Positions 37,108 to 49,780 are shown, counted from the stretch's first letter. The stretch is DNA of 64,000 nucleotides from Octopus vulgaris (GCA_951406725.2 OX597819.1:12958001-13022000); one strand, 5' to 3'. A program made the numbers and translations. The notes: generated by a model not told the origin, from the sequence alone.

Positions 37108-37323
37108 TATGTGTGTTTGTGTGTCTGTGTTTGTCCCCCTAGCATTGCTTGACAACCAATGCTGGTGTGTTTATGTCCCCGTTACTTAGCGGTTCGGCAA
37201 AAGAGTCCGATAGAGTAAGTACTGGACTTACAAAAGAATAAGTCCCGGGGTCAAGTTGCTCGATTAAAGGCGGTGCTCCAGCATGGCTGCAGTCAAATGA
37301 CTGAAACAAGTAAAAGAGTAAAG
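36872..37323 (+). mobile_element. SINE-A
   Basis: Matches consensus, long internal (TA)n. Confidence 0.92.
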
Positions 37324-37332
37324 TTTGTTATA

Positions 37333-37769
37333 TTTTTATTCTTTTATTTGTTTCAGTCATGTGACTGCAGCCATGCTGGAGCACCGCCTTTAGTCAAACA
37401 AATTGACCCCAGGACTTATTCTTTGTAAGCCTAGTACTTTTGCCAGAACACTAAGTTACGGGGACATTAGCACACCAACATAGGTTGTCAAGTGATGGTG
37501 GGGGGGAAAACGCAGACACACAAATACATATTGTACAGCTTGTTGTTTATACACCTTTCTTCACCTTTTGTTTTTCTGTAAATTTCAACTATACATATAT
37601 ATATATGACAGGCTTCTTTCAGTTTCCATCTACCAAATCCACTCAGAAGGCTTTGGTTGGCCTGAAACTATAATAGAAGACACTTGTCCAAGGTGTCATT
37701 CAGTGGGACTGAACCCAGAACCTTGTGGTTGATAAACAAGCTACTTACCACACAGCCACTCCTGCACCT
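37333..37769 (-). mobile_element. SINE-A (older, interrupted)
   Basis: Matches consensus with an internal insert. Confidence 0.85.
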
Positions 37770-37794
37770 GTCTTTTTTTTTATTTAAATCATAC

Positions 37795-38215
37795 AGGCGC
37801 AGGAGTGGCTGTGTGGTAAGTAGCTTGCTAACCAACCACATGGTTCCGGGTTCAGTCCACTGCGTGGCATCTTGGGCAAGTGCCTTCTGCTATAGCCCCG
37901 GGCCGACCAATGCCTTGTGAGTGGATTTGGTAGACGGAAACTGAAAGAAGCCTGTCGTATATATGTATATATATATATAAGTGTGTGTGTATATGTTTGT
38001 GTGTCTGTGTTTGTCCCCCTAGCATTGCTTGACAACCGATGCCGGTGTGTTTACGTCCCCGTCACTTAGCGGTTCGGCAAAAGAGACCGATAGAATAAGT
38101 ACTGGGCTTACAAAGAATAAGTCCCGGGGTCGATTTGCTCGACTAAAGGCGGTGCTCCAGCATGGCCGCAGTCAAATGACTGAAACAAGTAAAAGAGTAA
38201 AAGAGTAAAGAGTAA
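37795..38215 (+). mobile_element. SINE-A
   Basis: Matches consensus. Confidence 0.92.
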
Positions 38216-38466
38216 GGAATCATCTCTCTGAAGACTTAGGTAGCCATTGTGTCAACAGCAATGTCAAATATGTCCTGTCTTAATTAGATGTAATGGAAAA
38301 GATGGTGATGATGATAAAATGAAGTGAAAATATTTCTGAATGGTTTATACAAATATTGGTAAAACAGGAAATTGATGTCTGTTAAAAGTGTAAGGAAGAT
38401 CGGCATCAGCGAATGTTTAATTGAATTGAGAGTGGGAAAATAATCGCTTGTATTCAAGATTGCCCA

Positions 38467-38515
<49 letters not shown>

Positions 38516-38563
38516 TATATACATATATATACATATATATATACATATATATATACATCATAT

Positions 38564-38611
<48 letters not shown>

Positions 38612-38643
38612 TTTATTTTAAGCAGCAGAAAAATCAACAAAAT

Positions 38644-38681
38644 CTGTTACTCTGAGTTTCTCGTTGCCGTTCATCAGACAG
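38644..38681 (-). ncRNA. Compact type-I hammerhead motif
   Basis: CTGT-CTGATGA-aCG-GCAA-CGa-GAAA-CTC-A-GAG-TA-ACAG, about 35 bp from a (TA)n tract. Confidence 0.7.
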
Positions 38682-39135
38682 TTTTTGCTAGAATGGAACA
38701 TATATATTAATTCAATCTATACTCTTACAAACGCTACACCTTTAAAAAGAAATGGACTTGTTTGATTGGCCCTTTAGAAAAAACGGTCAATCTTCGAGCG
38801 ATAAACAAAAAGGTCAAAAATATATGTATATATATATAAAAACTTATAAAAATTATAAAATCCGAGGAAAATACCGAGGAAAAACCTGTTGCCGTTAATG
38901 AAGACAGTACAAATTAATGCATAAAAATTAAACCTGTTATAAATACTGCAATACATATTTATATTAAAATATATATATAAATATAAGAGGAAATTTTACC
39001 ACTATGTGGAAACCCTTATGCTAGAATAAGATCCGCTATGATCTTAACCACTAAGAATTGTTCTCTAGAAAATTTAGCAAACACCAGAAACGTAAGCGAG
39101 CAAGACAAATGAAAAGTAACAAAAATATAGATTAA

Positions 39136-39210
39136 TCATAAACACATGTTTCACCATCAACAAATTACGTAATTTTACTTACATAATTTATCTGTAGATC
39201 TTCAGTATGA
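39136..39210 (-). ncRNA. Type-I hammerhead motif with long stem II
   Basis: TCATA-CTGAAGA-..ATAAATTATGTAA-gtaaaa-TTACGTAATTTGT..-GAAA-C-ATGT-G-TT-TATGA. Confidence 0.6.
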
Positions 39211-39484
39211 TCATTTATACAAATATAATTTGCAGAACTACATGCCAGACATCAACATGAGGTCGAAAATGCATGCAGTTCTACCTATTACAGTTGTGGT
39301 TATTTTTCAAAAGTCTTACCACCAAGCATTTCACCCAGCATGCTAACATTTCTGCCAGCTCGCATGTATTCAGGAATACATGCACTGCATACACACAAAT
39401 GCTGGTCTATCTACCTGTCTAGCTATCCATCTGTCTGTTCGTCTCTCTATATCTGTTTCTTCTATATCTTACCTATATCATCAT

Positions 39485-39528
<44 letters not shown>

Positions 39529-39529
39529 T

Positions 39530-39855
39530 CCCTGTGCCGGTGAAATCTTGTATCCCTGCTGTAAGGCTTTATTTCCACACACGCCAGCTTAATTTAATTC
39601 ATCCTTAATCGAAACACACCTGTTGTTATGTCCTGTTATTTGTATTTGTGTAACATTCTCCGTTTTTTTCCGTCCTTGTTTTCGTATACATTCGCTGCTT
39701 TCTTCCAAGAAATCTAATGCTCTTACCTTAGTTTTTCCTTGGGGCTGGCCAGATTGCAGCAATCTCAAGTATAACCAGCTGAAATTGCAAAGATAATCTG
39801 GAACTCGACTGAAGAAAGAAAACTCCGAATGAACCGTCCTTGTTTTCTTTGTATG
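39530..39855 (+). mobile_element. (TA)n-adjacent repeat family G
   Basis: Homologous to the reverse complement of 15480-15830. Confidence 0.65.
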
Positions 39856-40532
39856 CATGTGATTCTTATGACTCAAACACATGCATGTATACAGACAGTC
39901 TTACACACACACACACACACACTCAGGCATGTACATATACACAAACATACTATGCATTGTGCTACAAGTATAGACATATAAACATATGTACAGATGTATT
40001 CACATATATACTGTCATGCATACAATTAATATACACTCACCATACACAATCACTCATATACACATACACACATGAACATATAGATATACACGCACAAGTA
40101 GACACACACACAGATATATAAATGCACACACATAAACACACACTCAAATATAGCTAAGCACACATACATATACAGATGTACACACAGACACACACACATA
40201 TAGGTTCATACACAAATAGACACACATACACACATGTGCCAAGATTTACATAATAATCATAGATAACAGATCAACATTACACACCCTGTTGTGATGTGTC
40301 TAACAAATATTCATACCGAATGTTTTGTATATACACCCATGTTTATATACAAGACGTGTTTATCGATTAAATCTTCTGGTTAAGTGAAATTATTTCTCAG
40401 GAAACTACAAATACATGGACAAATAATTTACAATAATCTACTCCCCACCTCCACCTCCACTTCCACTTCCTGGTCCTACTGGGGTTAATATAACCTTGCA
40501 GTGACTGGAAATATATATATGATACATACAAA

Positions 40533-40706
40533 TAGGCGCAGGAGTGGCTGTGTGGTAAGTAGCTTGTTTACCAACCACATGGTTCCGGGTTCAGTCCCAC
40601 TGCGTGGCACCTTGGGCAAGTGTCTTCTACTATAGCCTCGGGCCGACCAAAGCCTTTGTGAGTGGATTTGATAGACGGAAACTGAAAGAAGCCCGTCGTA
40701 TATATG

Positions 40707-40748
<42 letters not shown>

Positions 40749-40967
40749 TGTGTGTGCTTGTATGTCTGTGTTTGTCCCCCTAGCATTGCTTGACAACCGA
40801 TGCTGGTGTGTTTATGTCCCCGTTACTTTGCGGTTCTGCAAAAGAGACCGATAGAATAAGTACTGGGCTTACAAAAGAATAAGTCCTGGGGTCGAGTTGC
40901 TCGACTAAAGGCGGTGCTCCAGCATGGCCGCAGTCAAATGACTGAAACAAGTAAAAGAGTAAAAGAG
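40533..40967 (+). mobile_element. SINE-A
   Basis: Matches consensus. Confidence 0.92.
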
Positions 40968-41170
40968 AATTCAATTAGAGGTTAAAATACCTGCATTGAA
41001 GGTTAGTAATATCCAATGAATCACTGATTCATTGCCTAGTATTTTTTGTGAGTAATAATATTGATAATAGGTCTTGATATAAATCTTGGTTTATAAATAT
41101 TCAAAAGAAAATTTAGAAAATGGAGATATAGCATTAATATAATTTATTATCTGCAAAAATCCAACATATT

Positions 41171-41251
41171 CTCTTACAGCTGTTTCAGTTTAGCCTAAAG
41201 ATTAAATTACAATAATTAAATCATTTTATTAGGCCAGATCTCATCAGAGGG
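41171..41251 (-). ncRNA. Degenerate type-I hammerhead motif
   Basis: CCCT-CTGATGA-..TGGCCTAA..TTAGGCTA..-GAAA-C-AGCT-G-TA-AGAG; one stem I mismatch. Confidence 0.55.
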
Positions 41252-41656
41252 GTAGAAAAGATATACTGTTAGGTTATGAGGTATTGTGTTTTCAGATCAT
41301 CTCAGCAGACTGAATATCATTTTGTTGCTAGTGTTGGTATAAACCTGGGCCAGTGGGTCATAGGTTATTTTAGTGGGTAATGTATAATGTGAATATAATC
41401 AGGGTACTAATTGGTAAATAAATAAATAAAGGTTAGATAGTGAGTTATGGTAAATAATAGTATCATATGAATGACAGAATAAATAAATAAATACTTTTGT
41501 AAATTTGTTTATAAAATTGAAGGAAATTAATGTGAAAAAATGGATACAACATATATTAGCCCTGGTCAAAAAAACAGTCGTCTTTTCATGACCTCGTGTG
41601 TACCGTTGGCGATTTTTTCCTCTGTCTTCCCTTCTCAGGATCTTTCCTTCTCCTAT

Positions 41657-41691
41657 GTTTCCGACGAAGAGCTCCGCTCGAAACGTTAAAC
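41657..41691 (+). ncRNA. Variant minimal hammerhead motif (CCGACGA core)
   Basis: GTTT-CCGACGA-aGAGC-tcc-GCTC-GAAA-CG-TT-AAAC. Confidence 0.5.
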
Positions 41692-41758
41692 CCTCCTTCT
41701 TCCCTTCTTTCCAATAATACTATATTTGTTCCAAGTCCAAGTCCAAGTCCAAGTCCAA

Positions 41759-42165
41759 GGAGTGGCTGTGTGGTAAGTAGCTTGCTAACCAACCACATGG
41801 TTCCGGGTTCAGTCCCACAGCATGGCACCTTGGGCAAGTGTCTTCTGCTATAGCCTTGGGCCGACCAAAGCCTTGTGAGTGGATTTGGTAGACGGAAACT
41901 GAAAAGAAGCCCGTCATATATATGTATATATATATATATATGTGTGTTTGTGTGTCTGTGTTTGTCCCCCTAGCATTGCTTGACAACCGATGCTGGTGTG
42001 TTTATGTCCCCGTTACTTAGCAGTTCGGCAAAAAGAGCCCAATAGAATAAGTACTGGGCTTACAAAATAAGTCCCGGGGTCGAGTTGCTCGATTAAAGGC
42101 GGTGCTCCAGCATGGCCGCAGTCAAATGACTGAAACAAGTAAAAGAGTAAAAAGAGTAAAAGAGT
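41759..42165 (+). mobile_element. SINE-A (5' clipped, preceded by a CCAAGT run)
   Basis: Matches consensus. Confidence 0.9.
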
Positions 42166-42391
42166 ATAATATATATCATCATCATCCATGATTTCAAATC
42201 TGTGTTTTGTCCCCGTTAGTGGGGGGTGGATTAGTCACAATTTATGTTCCTAACATTAGCTGAATGATAACTAAGTTATTTTACTAAATTCTTTGTTATA
42301 TTTAAAATTAATTGAAAGAAACACAGAGCATTTCAACAGGAATATGGTTAAAGAAAAGGGTTAAAACATATAACAGAGAAACAATTCTTAA

Positions 42392-42610
42392 CCCTTTCGA
42401 TACCAACCCGACTGAAAATGGCTCTATCTCTGAGTACGAATGTCTTGTTTCCATAAGTTTTGAATTAAAATCTTCCACCAAAAACCTTAGTCACAATTTA
42501 TGCTCCTACCACCGGCTGAATGATAACTAAATTATTTTACTAAATTCTTTGTTATATTTAAAATTAATTGAAAGAAACACAGAGAATCTCAAAATACAGT
42601 AATGAAATGG
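42392..42610. mobile_element. TTAA-flanked piggyBac-type MITE (partial second copy at 42230-42360)
   Basis: TTAA|CCCTTTCG..TGAAATGG|TTAA; the internal segment is repeated upstream, ending GAAAAGGG|TTAA. Confidence 0.75.
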
Positions 42611-42952
42611 TTAAATGTCTGCTTTTTTGTTTCATGTGATTTTGTTTTTCCTCTCTCATTTTCGTGTGCTGAAACCAAATATTTCACGGTCCAGTTGCCA
42701 TATTTAGAAAATACAAATTTCTTAAGTATTTTCTTGCTCATCCTTTTAAGGTTGAAAAAGAGTGAGCTGTAATTTGCTGTATCAAGGCTTCTGGAAAGGG
42801 CACCAGCTCTTGGTGTTCAGAGAGATCTCGGACTGTGGGGTTCCTCAGTTATCCCTAGAAGTCATCCTGATTCAGGAGGGCTACATCTCTATCATCCCCC
42901 ACCTCATCTTTTCTTTTCAACCTTTGTATGCTCCATATATTTTCCTTCCTTA

Positions 42953-43358
42953 TACTCTTTTACTCTTTTACTTGTTTCAGTCATTTGACTGCGGCCATGC
43001 TGGAGCACCGCCTTTAATCGAGCAACTCAACCCCGGGACTTATTCTTTTGTAAGCCCAGTACTTATTCTATCGGTCTCTTTTTGCCGAACCGCTAAGTAA
43101 CGGGAACATAAACACACCAGCATCAGTTGTCAAGCAATGCTAGGGGGACAAACACAGAAGCACAACCACACACACGCATATATATACATATATACGACGG
43201 GCTTCTTTTAGTTTCCATCTACCAAATCCACTTACAAGGCTTTGGTCGGCCCGAGGCTATAATAGAAGACACTTGCCCAAGGTGCCACGCAGTGGGACTG
43301 AACCCAGAACCATGTGGTTGGTAAACAAGCTACTTACCACACAGCCACTCCTGTGCCT
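42953..43358 (-). mobile_element. SINE-A
   Basis: Matches consensus. Confidence 0.92.
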
Positions 43359-43559
43359 ATATACTGTGTATATTTACTTCATTTTCTTTTTTGTTGTTCA
43401 TTTAATTATTTTATCATTTCATTATATGTAAACCCTCATACTTTGCGTCTATCTTAGTATTTATTGTCCCCCACTCATCATTTGCTTGGTGGCAAATAAA
43501 TGAAATCACCATCATCATTATTATTATTATTGGATACCTGTACAAATTGTAGTTGGATA

Positions 43560-43815
43560 CCTGTGCTGGTGGCATGTAAAAAGCACCATCCGAATGTAGC
43601 CGTTGCCAGCTTCCCCTGCATCTGTGCCAGTGGCACATAAGAAAGCACCCACTACACTCATGGAGTGGTGGGCATTAGGAAGAGCATCCTGCCGTAGAAA
43701 CACTGCCAGGTCAGACTGGAGCCTGGTGCAGCCTCCTGGCTTCCCAGACCCAGTCGAACCGTCCAACCCATGCTAGCATGGAAAACGGATGTTAAACGAT
43801 GATGATGATGATGAT
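43560..43815 (+). mobile_element. RTE 3' UTR fragment (family B)
   Basis: Consensus with (GAT)n tail. Confidence 0.88.
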
Positions 43816-44775
43816 TATTATTATTATAAAACAAACACATAGGTGTTCTTATTAAAAAAATCCCTCTAGTCTTTCTACCCCAAAAGCTAACTATCCTTCA
43901 TACAGTATAAGCTTTTGTTCTTTTGTACTATATAGTCTGAGAAAACATAGACTAAATTTTGGCTGCTATATTTAGGTTCCAGTCATCTGCATTTAGACTG
44001 GTTCCATATATTCTGGGTTATATATAGTTGGTACATAATCCACTTGTTTGCATATGAAGAATTTATCATCTTAACTGAGATTCTGTGAAACAGTTAAACA
44101 CATTACATCATCTCTGTTATCTTGAAAAAAAAAGTTGAAGATTCTTTCCAAAGTCTTTCAATACAGATTTGCCACAAAAAGGCCTTTTTTTCCTCTTCTT
44201 CTAGTTAATATTAATGGTTGAAACTTATATTTTTTTAGATTTATGAATTATTTCTCTTATCCTAAATATAAACATGAGTTTGTTTTAGCCATTTATTTTG
44301 TTAGAAAGAATTACTAACAAGTGTCTATTAATACGAGATAAAATAAAACCAAGCAAAGTTTCTCCTGAAATATTTGTACCCCATCTGTGAAATATTAGGT
44401 ATTTGGGGTGGAGGTAGCAAAGGGGTATGAAGTTCCATTTCTTCACAACATTGCTTTCTTTGAAAGAAAAAGAAAAAAAGAAAGAAGTTTTTTCCATTTA
44501 CAGAGAATTTATAATTTTTTTTTTTCCTCTTTTTCTTTCGTTGCAAACAAATAACACGTCTCGTTGCAGTCAATATTGTATTGCAATCTCGTTAGTTACG
44601 TGTTATGTTACAGGTCTGTTAAGAAAAACATATTTCAAATTTAATGTTACTAACTAACGCAGAGACAAACTGAAATGTTACACTGATAATATCTCTTCAT
44701 TAAGCAACAACACTCTTGGAATAGAAAACAAGGAAGGCCTTCAGATCTCTCTCCCTCTCTCTCTCTCACTCAGGA

Positions 44776-44802
44776 TGTATATATATGTGTGTATGTATAT
44801 AA

Positions 44803-44852
<50 letters not shown>

Positions 44853-44901
44853 AGATATCTATATCTATATATGTATGTATAGATATCTATATCTATTTAT
44901 C

Positions 44902-44947
<46 letters not shown>

Positions 44948-45025
44948 AACATATATACACATATACATATATATGTGTATATATATACATACATACATAT
45001 ATCTACCTACCTATCTATCTATCTA

Positions 45026-45063
<38 letters not shown>

Positions 45064-45106
45064 GATGCATATACACACACATATATACATGTATATACAT
45101 ATATAA

Positions 45107-45158
<52 letters not shown>

Positions 45159-45169
45159 ATATACATGAA

Positions 45170-45219
<50 letters not shown>

Positions 45220-45229
45220 CATATACATG

Positions 45230-45279
<50 letters not shown>

Positions 45280-45287
45280 CATATACA

Positions 45288-45339
<52 letters not shown>

Positions 45340-45498
45340 AATATATATATATACATGAATATATATATATACATATACATAAATATATATATATACATGA
45401 ATATATATATATACATATACATGAATATATATATATATATATATACACATGAATATATATACATAAATATATATATATATATATACACACACATACAT
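44776..45498. repeat. Long compound (TA)n array with higher-order unit (..catacatatacatgaa(TA)n..)
   Basis: Direct inspection. Confidence 0.95.
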
Positions 45499-45884
45499 CT
45501 ATATTAATTACTTCATTCCAGAAATTCTAATTCTAGCTGAAGACTCCCAGAACTTGAATTATTTGCTATTAGTTCTAAGTACAAGTAAAGGTTAACTAAA
45601 TTCTTATTTCTTATTTAAAAACTATATCATCATCAACATCATCTCCAATAATAAAGCCTTGTTTGAAAATTAAGGGAACAATTTCCTCAGGTGAATGAAT
45701 ACGTTTACAGTTTCAATAGTTCCAATGTAAATTAGAGGGAAAGAGTTTAGATAAACTTCAACCATTTATTTATATCTAATTATCATTGATGATGATGATG
45801 ATGATGATGTACATCTTGAATTGAACTGAAGTGTAAACAAACACTGTTGACACCACCACCACCACCACCACCACCACCACCACC

Positions 45885-45933
<49 letters not shown>

Positions 45934-46356
45934 TTATTAATTCTTATTCATTTTGGTCCAAGGCCAATAATAATAATAATAATAATATAATAATAATAAT
46001 GGTGGTGGTGGTGATTTCTGCTTGAAAAATGTGTCATAAGAGAATTCTAGAGGGCCAGAGCCTTGGGAAAGGCAGAAGGATTGGGTGTAGTGATTAGTGC
46101 AAGGACAGGGGTGAGGCCATAAAATATGATTTATGCCAAAGTAATACAGTAAAATACCTTGTAACAACCACCATATGCCACTGGTATCTGGCCCATCATT
46201 TTCTGAACATAGGAATACTGCACTTAAAGAAGTCAAAACTCACAGATATATACTGCTTTTACTACCTTTAATAACATCACTATCTGTTGGTATCTATCTA
46301 TCCATATATCTATCTATATATCTATCTACCTACCTACCTACCTACCTACCTACCTA

Positions 46357-46545
46357 ACGGAAGGTTTACGAAAAGAAACAAAAGACGAAGGCAGGTGGAG
46401 TACAAACAGATAATGTATTAGTATGGCGCTCAGGAATAGAAATAAAACAAGTCTTTTATGTTTCGAGCCTATGCTCTTTGACAGAAAGATACACAGAAAA
46501 GAAACAAGGAGAGAAAAAAATTGCGTGTAGGGGCTAATGATCCAA
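46357..46545 (-). mobile_element. Short repeat family H with decayed hammerhead at 46452-46489 (truncated copy 30919-31005, relative at 41590-41730)
   Basis: Shares tttacgaaaa.aaacaaaagacgaaggcaggtggagtacaaac..tggcgctcaggaatagaaata with 30919. Minus strand TCTTT-CTGTCAA-aGAGC-atag-GCTC-GAAA-CA-TA-AAAGA. Confidence 0.7.
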
Positions 46546-46719
46546 CTCTATTTATCTATATGCATATACATAAATGTACATCTACTGTAGTCTCATCCAA
46601 GATGAAAATGAATACCAATGTCCCATGTAGCAGGCATGATATTTGCTGAGAATTCTCAGCATAAAACCAGTGGTAGCCTTGTTAACCCACAAATGGAGTA
46701 TGTGTATGTACATCAACAT

Positions 46720-47077
46720 CAACATTGAAATAAAAATCAAATGGAAATTGTAGTTGCGATACATGTGCCGGTGGCATGTAAAAAGCACCATCCAAACATG
46801 GCTGATGCCAGCGCCGCCTTGACTGGCTTCCGTGCCAGTGGCACATAAAAAGCACCAACCAATCGTGGCCATTGCCAGCTTCCTCTGGCCCCTGTGCTGG
46901 TGGCATGTAAAAAGCACCCACTACACTCATGGAGTGGTTGGCATTAGGAAGGGCATCCTGCTGTAGAAACACTGCCCGATCAGACTGGAGCCTGGTGCAG
47001 CCTCCAGGCTTCCCAGACCCGGTGAGAACCGTCCAACCCATGCTAGCATGGAAAACGGACATTAAATGATGATGATG
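46720..47077 (+). mobile_element. RTE 3' UTR fragment (family B)
   Basis: Consensus with (GAT)n tail. Confidence 0.88.
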
Positions 47078-47094
47078 TATTGTGTGTGTGTGTG

Positions 47095-47425
47095 TGTGTG
47101 GTAAGTAGCTTGCTTTCGGGTTCAGTCCCACTGCATGGCACCTTGGGCAGGTGTCTTCAACTATAGCCTTGGGCCGACCAAAGCCTTGTGAGTGGATTTG
47201 GTAGATGAAAACTGAGAGAAGCCCATTGTATATATATACGTCAGTGTTTGTCCCCCTCCCTCCCGCAACATTGCTTGACAACCGATGCTGGTGTGTTTAC
47301 CTCTTCGTAACTTAGCAGTTCAGCAAACGAGACCGATAGAATAAGTACTAGGCTTACAAAGAATAAGTTCTGGGGGGTCGATCTGCTTGACTAAAGTTAA
47401 ATGACAGAAACTAGTAAAAGAATGA
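47095..47425 (+). mobile_element. SINE-A (degenerate)
   Basis: Matches consensus with deletions. Confidence 0.85.
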
Positions 47426-48261
47426 GTACAGGTAAACATAAATTATGCTGCAAACAGCATAATTTACATGTACAGATGTTAAAATAATTATTTGTATGAA
47501 CGTCGTTTCATATGTTGCCTACACAATCATCAGTGGACAAACAGAACTCTTATAACGATATATCTAATTTATAACAACACAGTGTTATGTGTTTTGGGTA
47601 AAAGAAACCAAGTACAAGAGAATAAGCTGAACAGCCCCAAATATGTGTAATATATATACATGCTTGTAACATCTCTTAGAAAATAAATATTTATGGCTTG
47701 ACATAATAAAGTACCAAAGTTTAAGAAAGGCTAAGCGGTGGGTGAAACCTTAACACATACATATATACTTCTTTATCTGGCTGATAAATTAATGTTAATG
47801 TCCTGATAGGGATCTACACCTTGAGAGAGTAAAATGTGTGTGTGTGGGGGGGGTATGTATATTTAACAAATTATGGTTAGACCTAACTAGCTCTCAGACT
47901 ATTTCCCACCCCCTCCCCAATATCTCTGATATCCATCTATCATTTTATCTGTCTACCTACCTAACTACATAAATATTTCTCCCCACCCCCCGCCAATGAT
48001 TGTGTGTGTGTGTGTGTGTGTGTATTTGTGTAAGTATGTGTGTGTGTATATATACATGTATTTATATATATATATATGTATATATATATATACACAGTAG
48101 TAGTAGTAGGTGTAGTAGTAGCAGTAGTAGTATTGTAATGACTGTCACAATTAATTGGATTAAAAGTCGGTCAGAAACTAATAATAACAACAAGAACAAC
48201 AACAACAACAACAACAATAATAATAAATAATATAATAAAAAAAAATAATAATATAATAAAA

Positions 48262-48292
<31 letters not shown>

Positions 48293-48295
48293 GTG

Positions 48296-48355
<60 letters not shown>

Positions 48356-48358
48356 GTG

Positions 48359-48408
<50 letters not shown>

Positions 48409-48508
48409 TAATAATAATAGTGATGATAATAATAATAATAATAATGATAATAATAATAATAATAATAAATAATAATAATAATAATAAATAATAATAATAA
48501 TAATAGTG

Positions 48509-48540
<32 letters not shown>

Positions 48541-48542
48541 CA

Positions 48543-49290
48543 TTGACCATGTGGTCCATTGACCATGTGGTCTCCAAGTGCAGTCTTCTAGCGCCTACAG
48601 AGTATCTCAACAGGCACGATAGAGCTGCACAATATATTCACTGGGTAATCTGTAAAAACCTGGATTTGCCCCATGAAAAAAACTGGTGGGAACACAAACC
48701 ACCCCCAGTGCTTGAAAATGACCACATCTCACTCCTCTGGAACTTCACCATTCAAACTGACAGGAAGATAGATGCAAATAGGCCAGACATCATATTGAAA
48801 AACTTCAAACAAAGAACATGCCTCCTCATTGATATGACTGTCCCAATCGATATAAACGTATCTGTCAAGACCTACCAAAAACTGAGCAAATATAAAGATC
48901 TTGAAATAGAAATCAGCAAAATGTGGAAGCTGAAGACTAAAACAATACCTGTTGTCATAGGTGCCCTGGGAATGATAGCAAAAGGGGCTGATAGCTACCT
49001 AACTCAGATACCAGGAAACCCAAAAATGGCAGAAGTTCAAAAGATAGTGCTCATGGGAACTGCTCATATCCTACGCAAAATACTCTCTATGTAATCTCAA
49101 GGTTTAAAAAAACATAATTTTCGGTTTAAAAAAAAAAAAAAAAAAAAAAAAACTTTTTTTTTTTTAGACATTCATTAGTACAACATCCCCACCCCCCAAA
49201 TATATGGCACACTAGGCATAACAACAACATGAACTTCCAACCCTGTTGTCTCTTGAGGTCTCTGGGTGAGACTTGGAGCCAACTTGTACA
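48543..49290 (+). mobile_element. 5'-truncated Dong/R4-clade retrotransposon: intact RLE domain plus 3' UTR, in a (TAA)n array
   Basis: ORF 48543..49094 has HVVSKC..YLNRHD..RPDII..LIDMTVP..KLSKYKDL..IPVVIGALG..GTAHILRK. TAA arrays at 48180-48540 and 49290-49503. Confidence 0.95.
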
Positions 49291-49297
49291 AATAATA

Positions 49298-49342
<45 letters not shown>

Positions 49343-49398
49343 TAATAATAATAGTGATGATAATAATAATAATAATGATAATAATAATAATAATAATA

Positions 49399-49485
<87 letters not shown>

Positions 49486-49712
49486 TAATAATAAATAATA
49501 ATAAACAACCTAACAGTTGTTCTCTGTCATCCAGGGAAAAGTCATAAAAAGACAACAAAATCTGGAATGCCGGAAAGATCAAAGAGAGACGGTTCCGGTC
49601 TGGTTGGCAATTAAGAAATGTTTAATTTATTTCATTGTTCTGCCGTTGACCAGGAAAGCAATTCAAGAACAATTAGCCCAGAAACAAAGATTCAAGCTAT
49701 ATATATATATGT

Positions 49713-49780
<68 letters not shown>

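Noticed and set aside
44550-44670. Possible pre-miRNA hairpin (ataacacgt..ttgcagt/attgcaa..acgtgttat)
   Set aside because: Large asymmetric bulge, and TATTGCAA does not match the miR-92 seed TATTGCAC.
1199-49508. Low-complexity ORFs (poly-I/Y/L/V/H/M, YI and CV repeats)
   Set aside because: Translations of TAA, GTG, GAT, TA and TG microsatellites.
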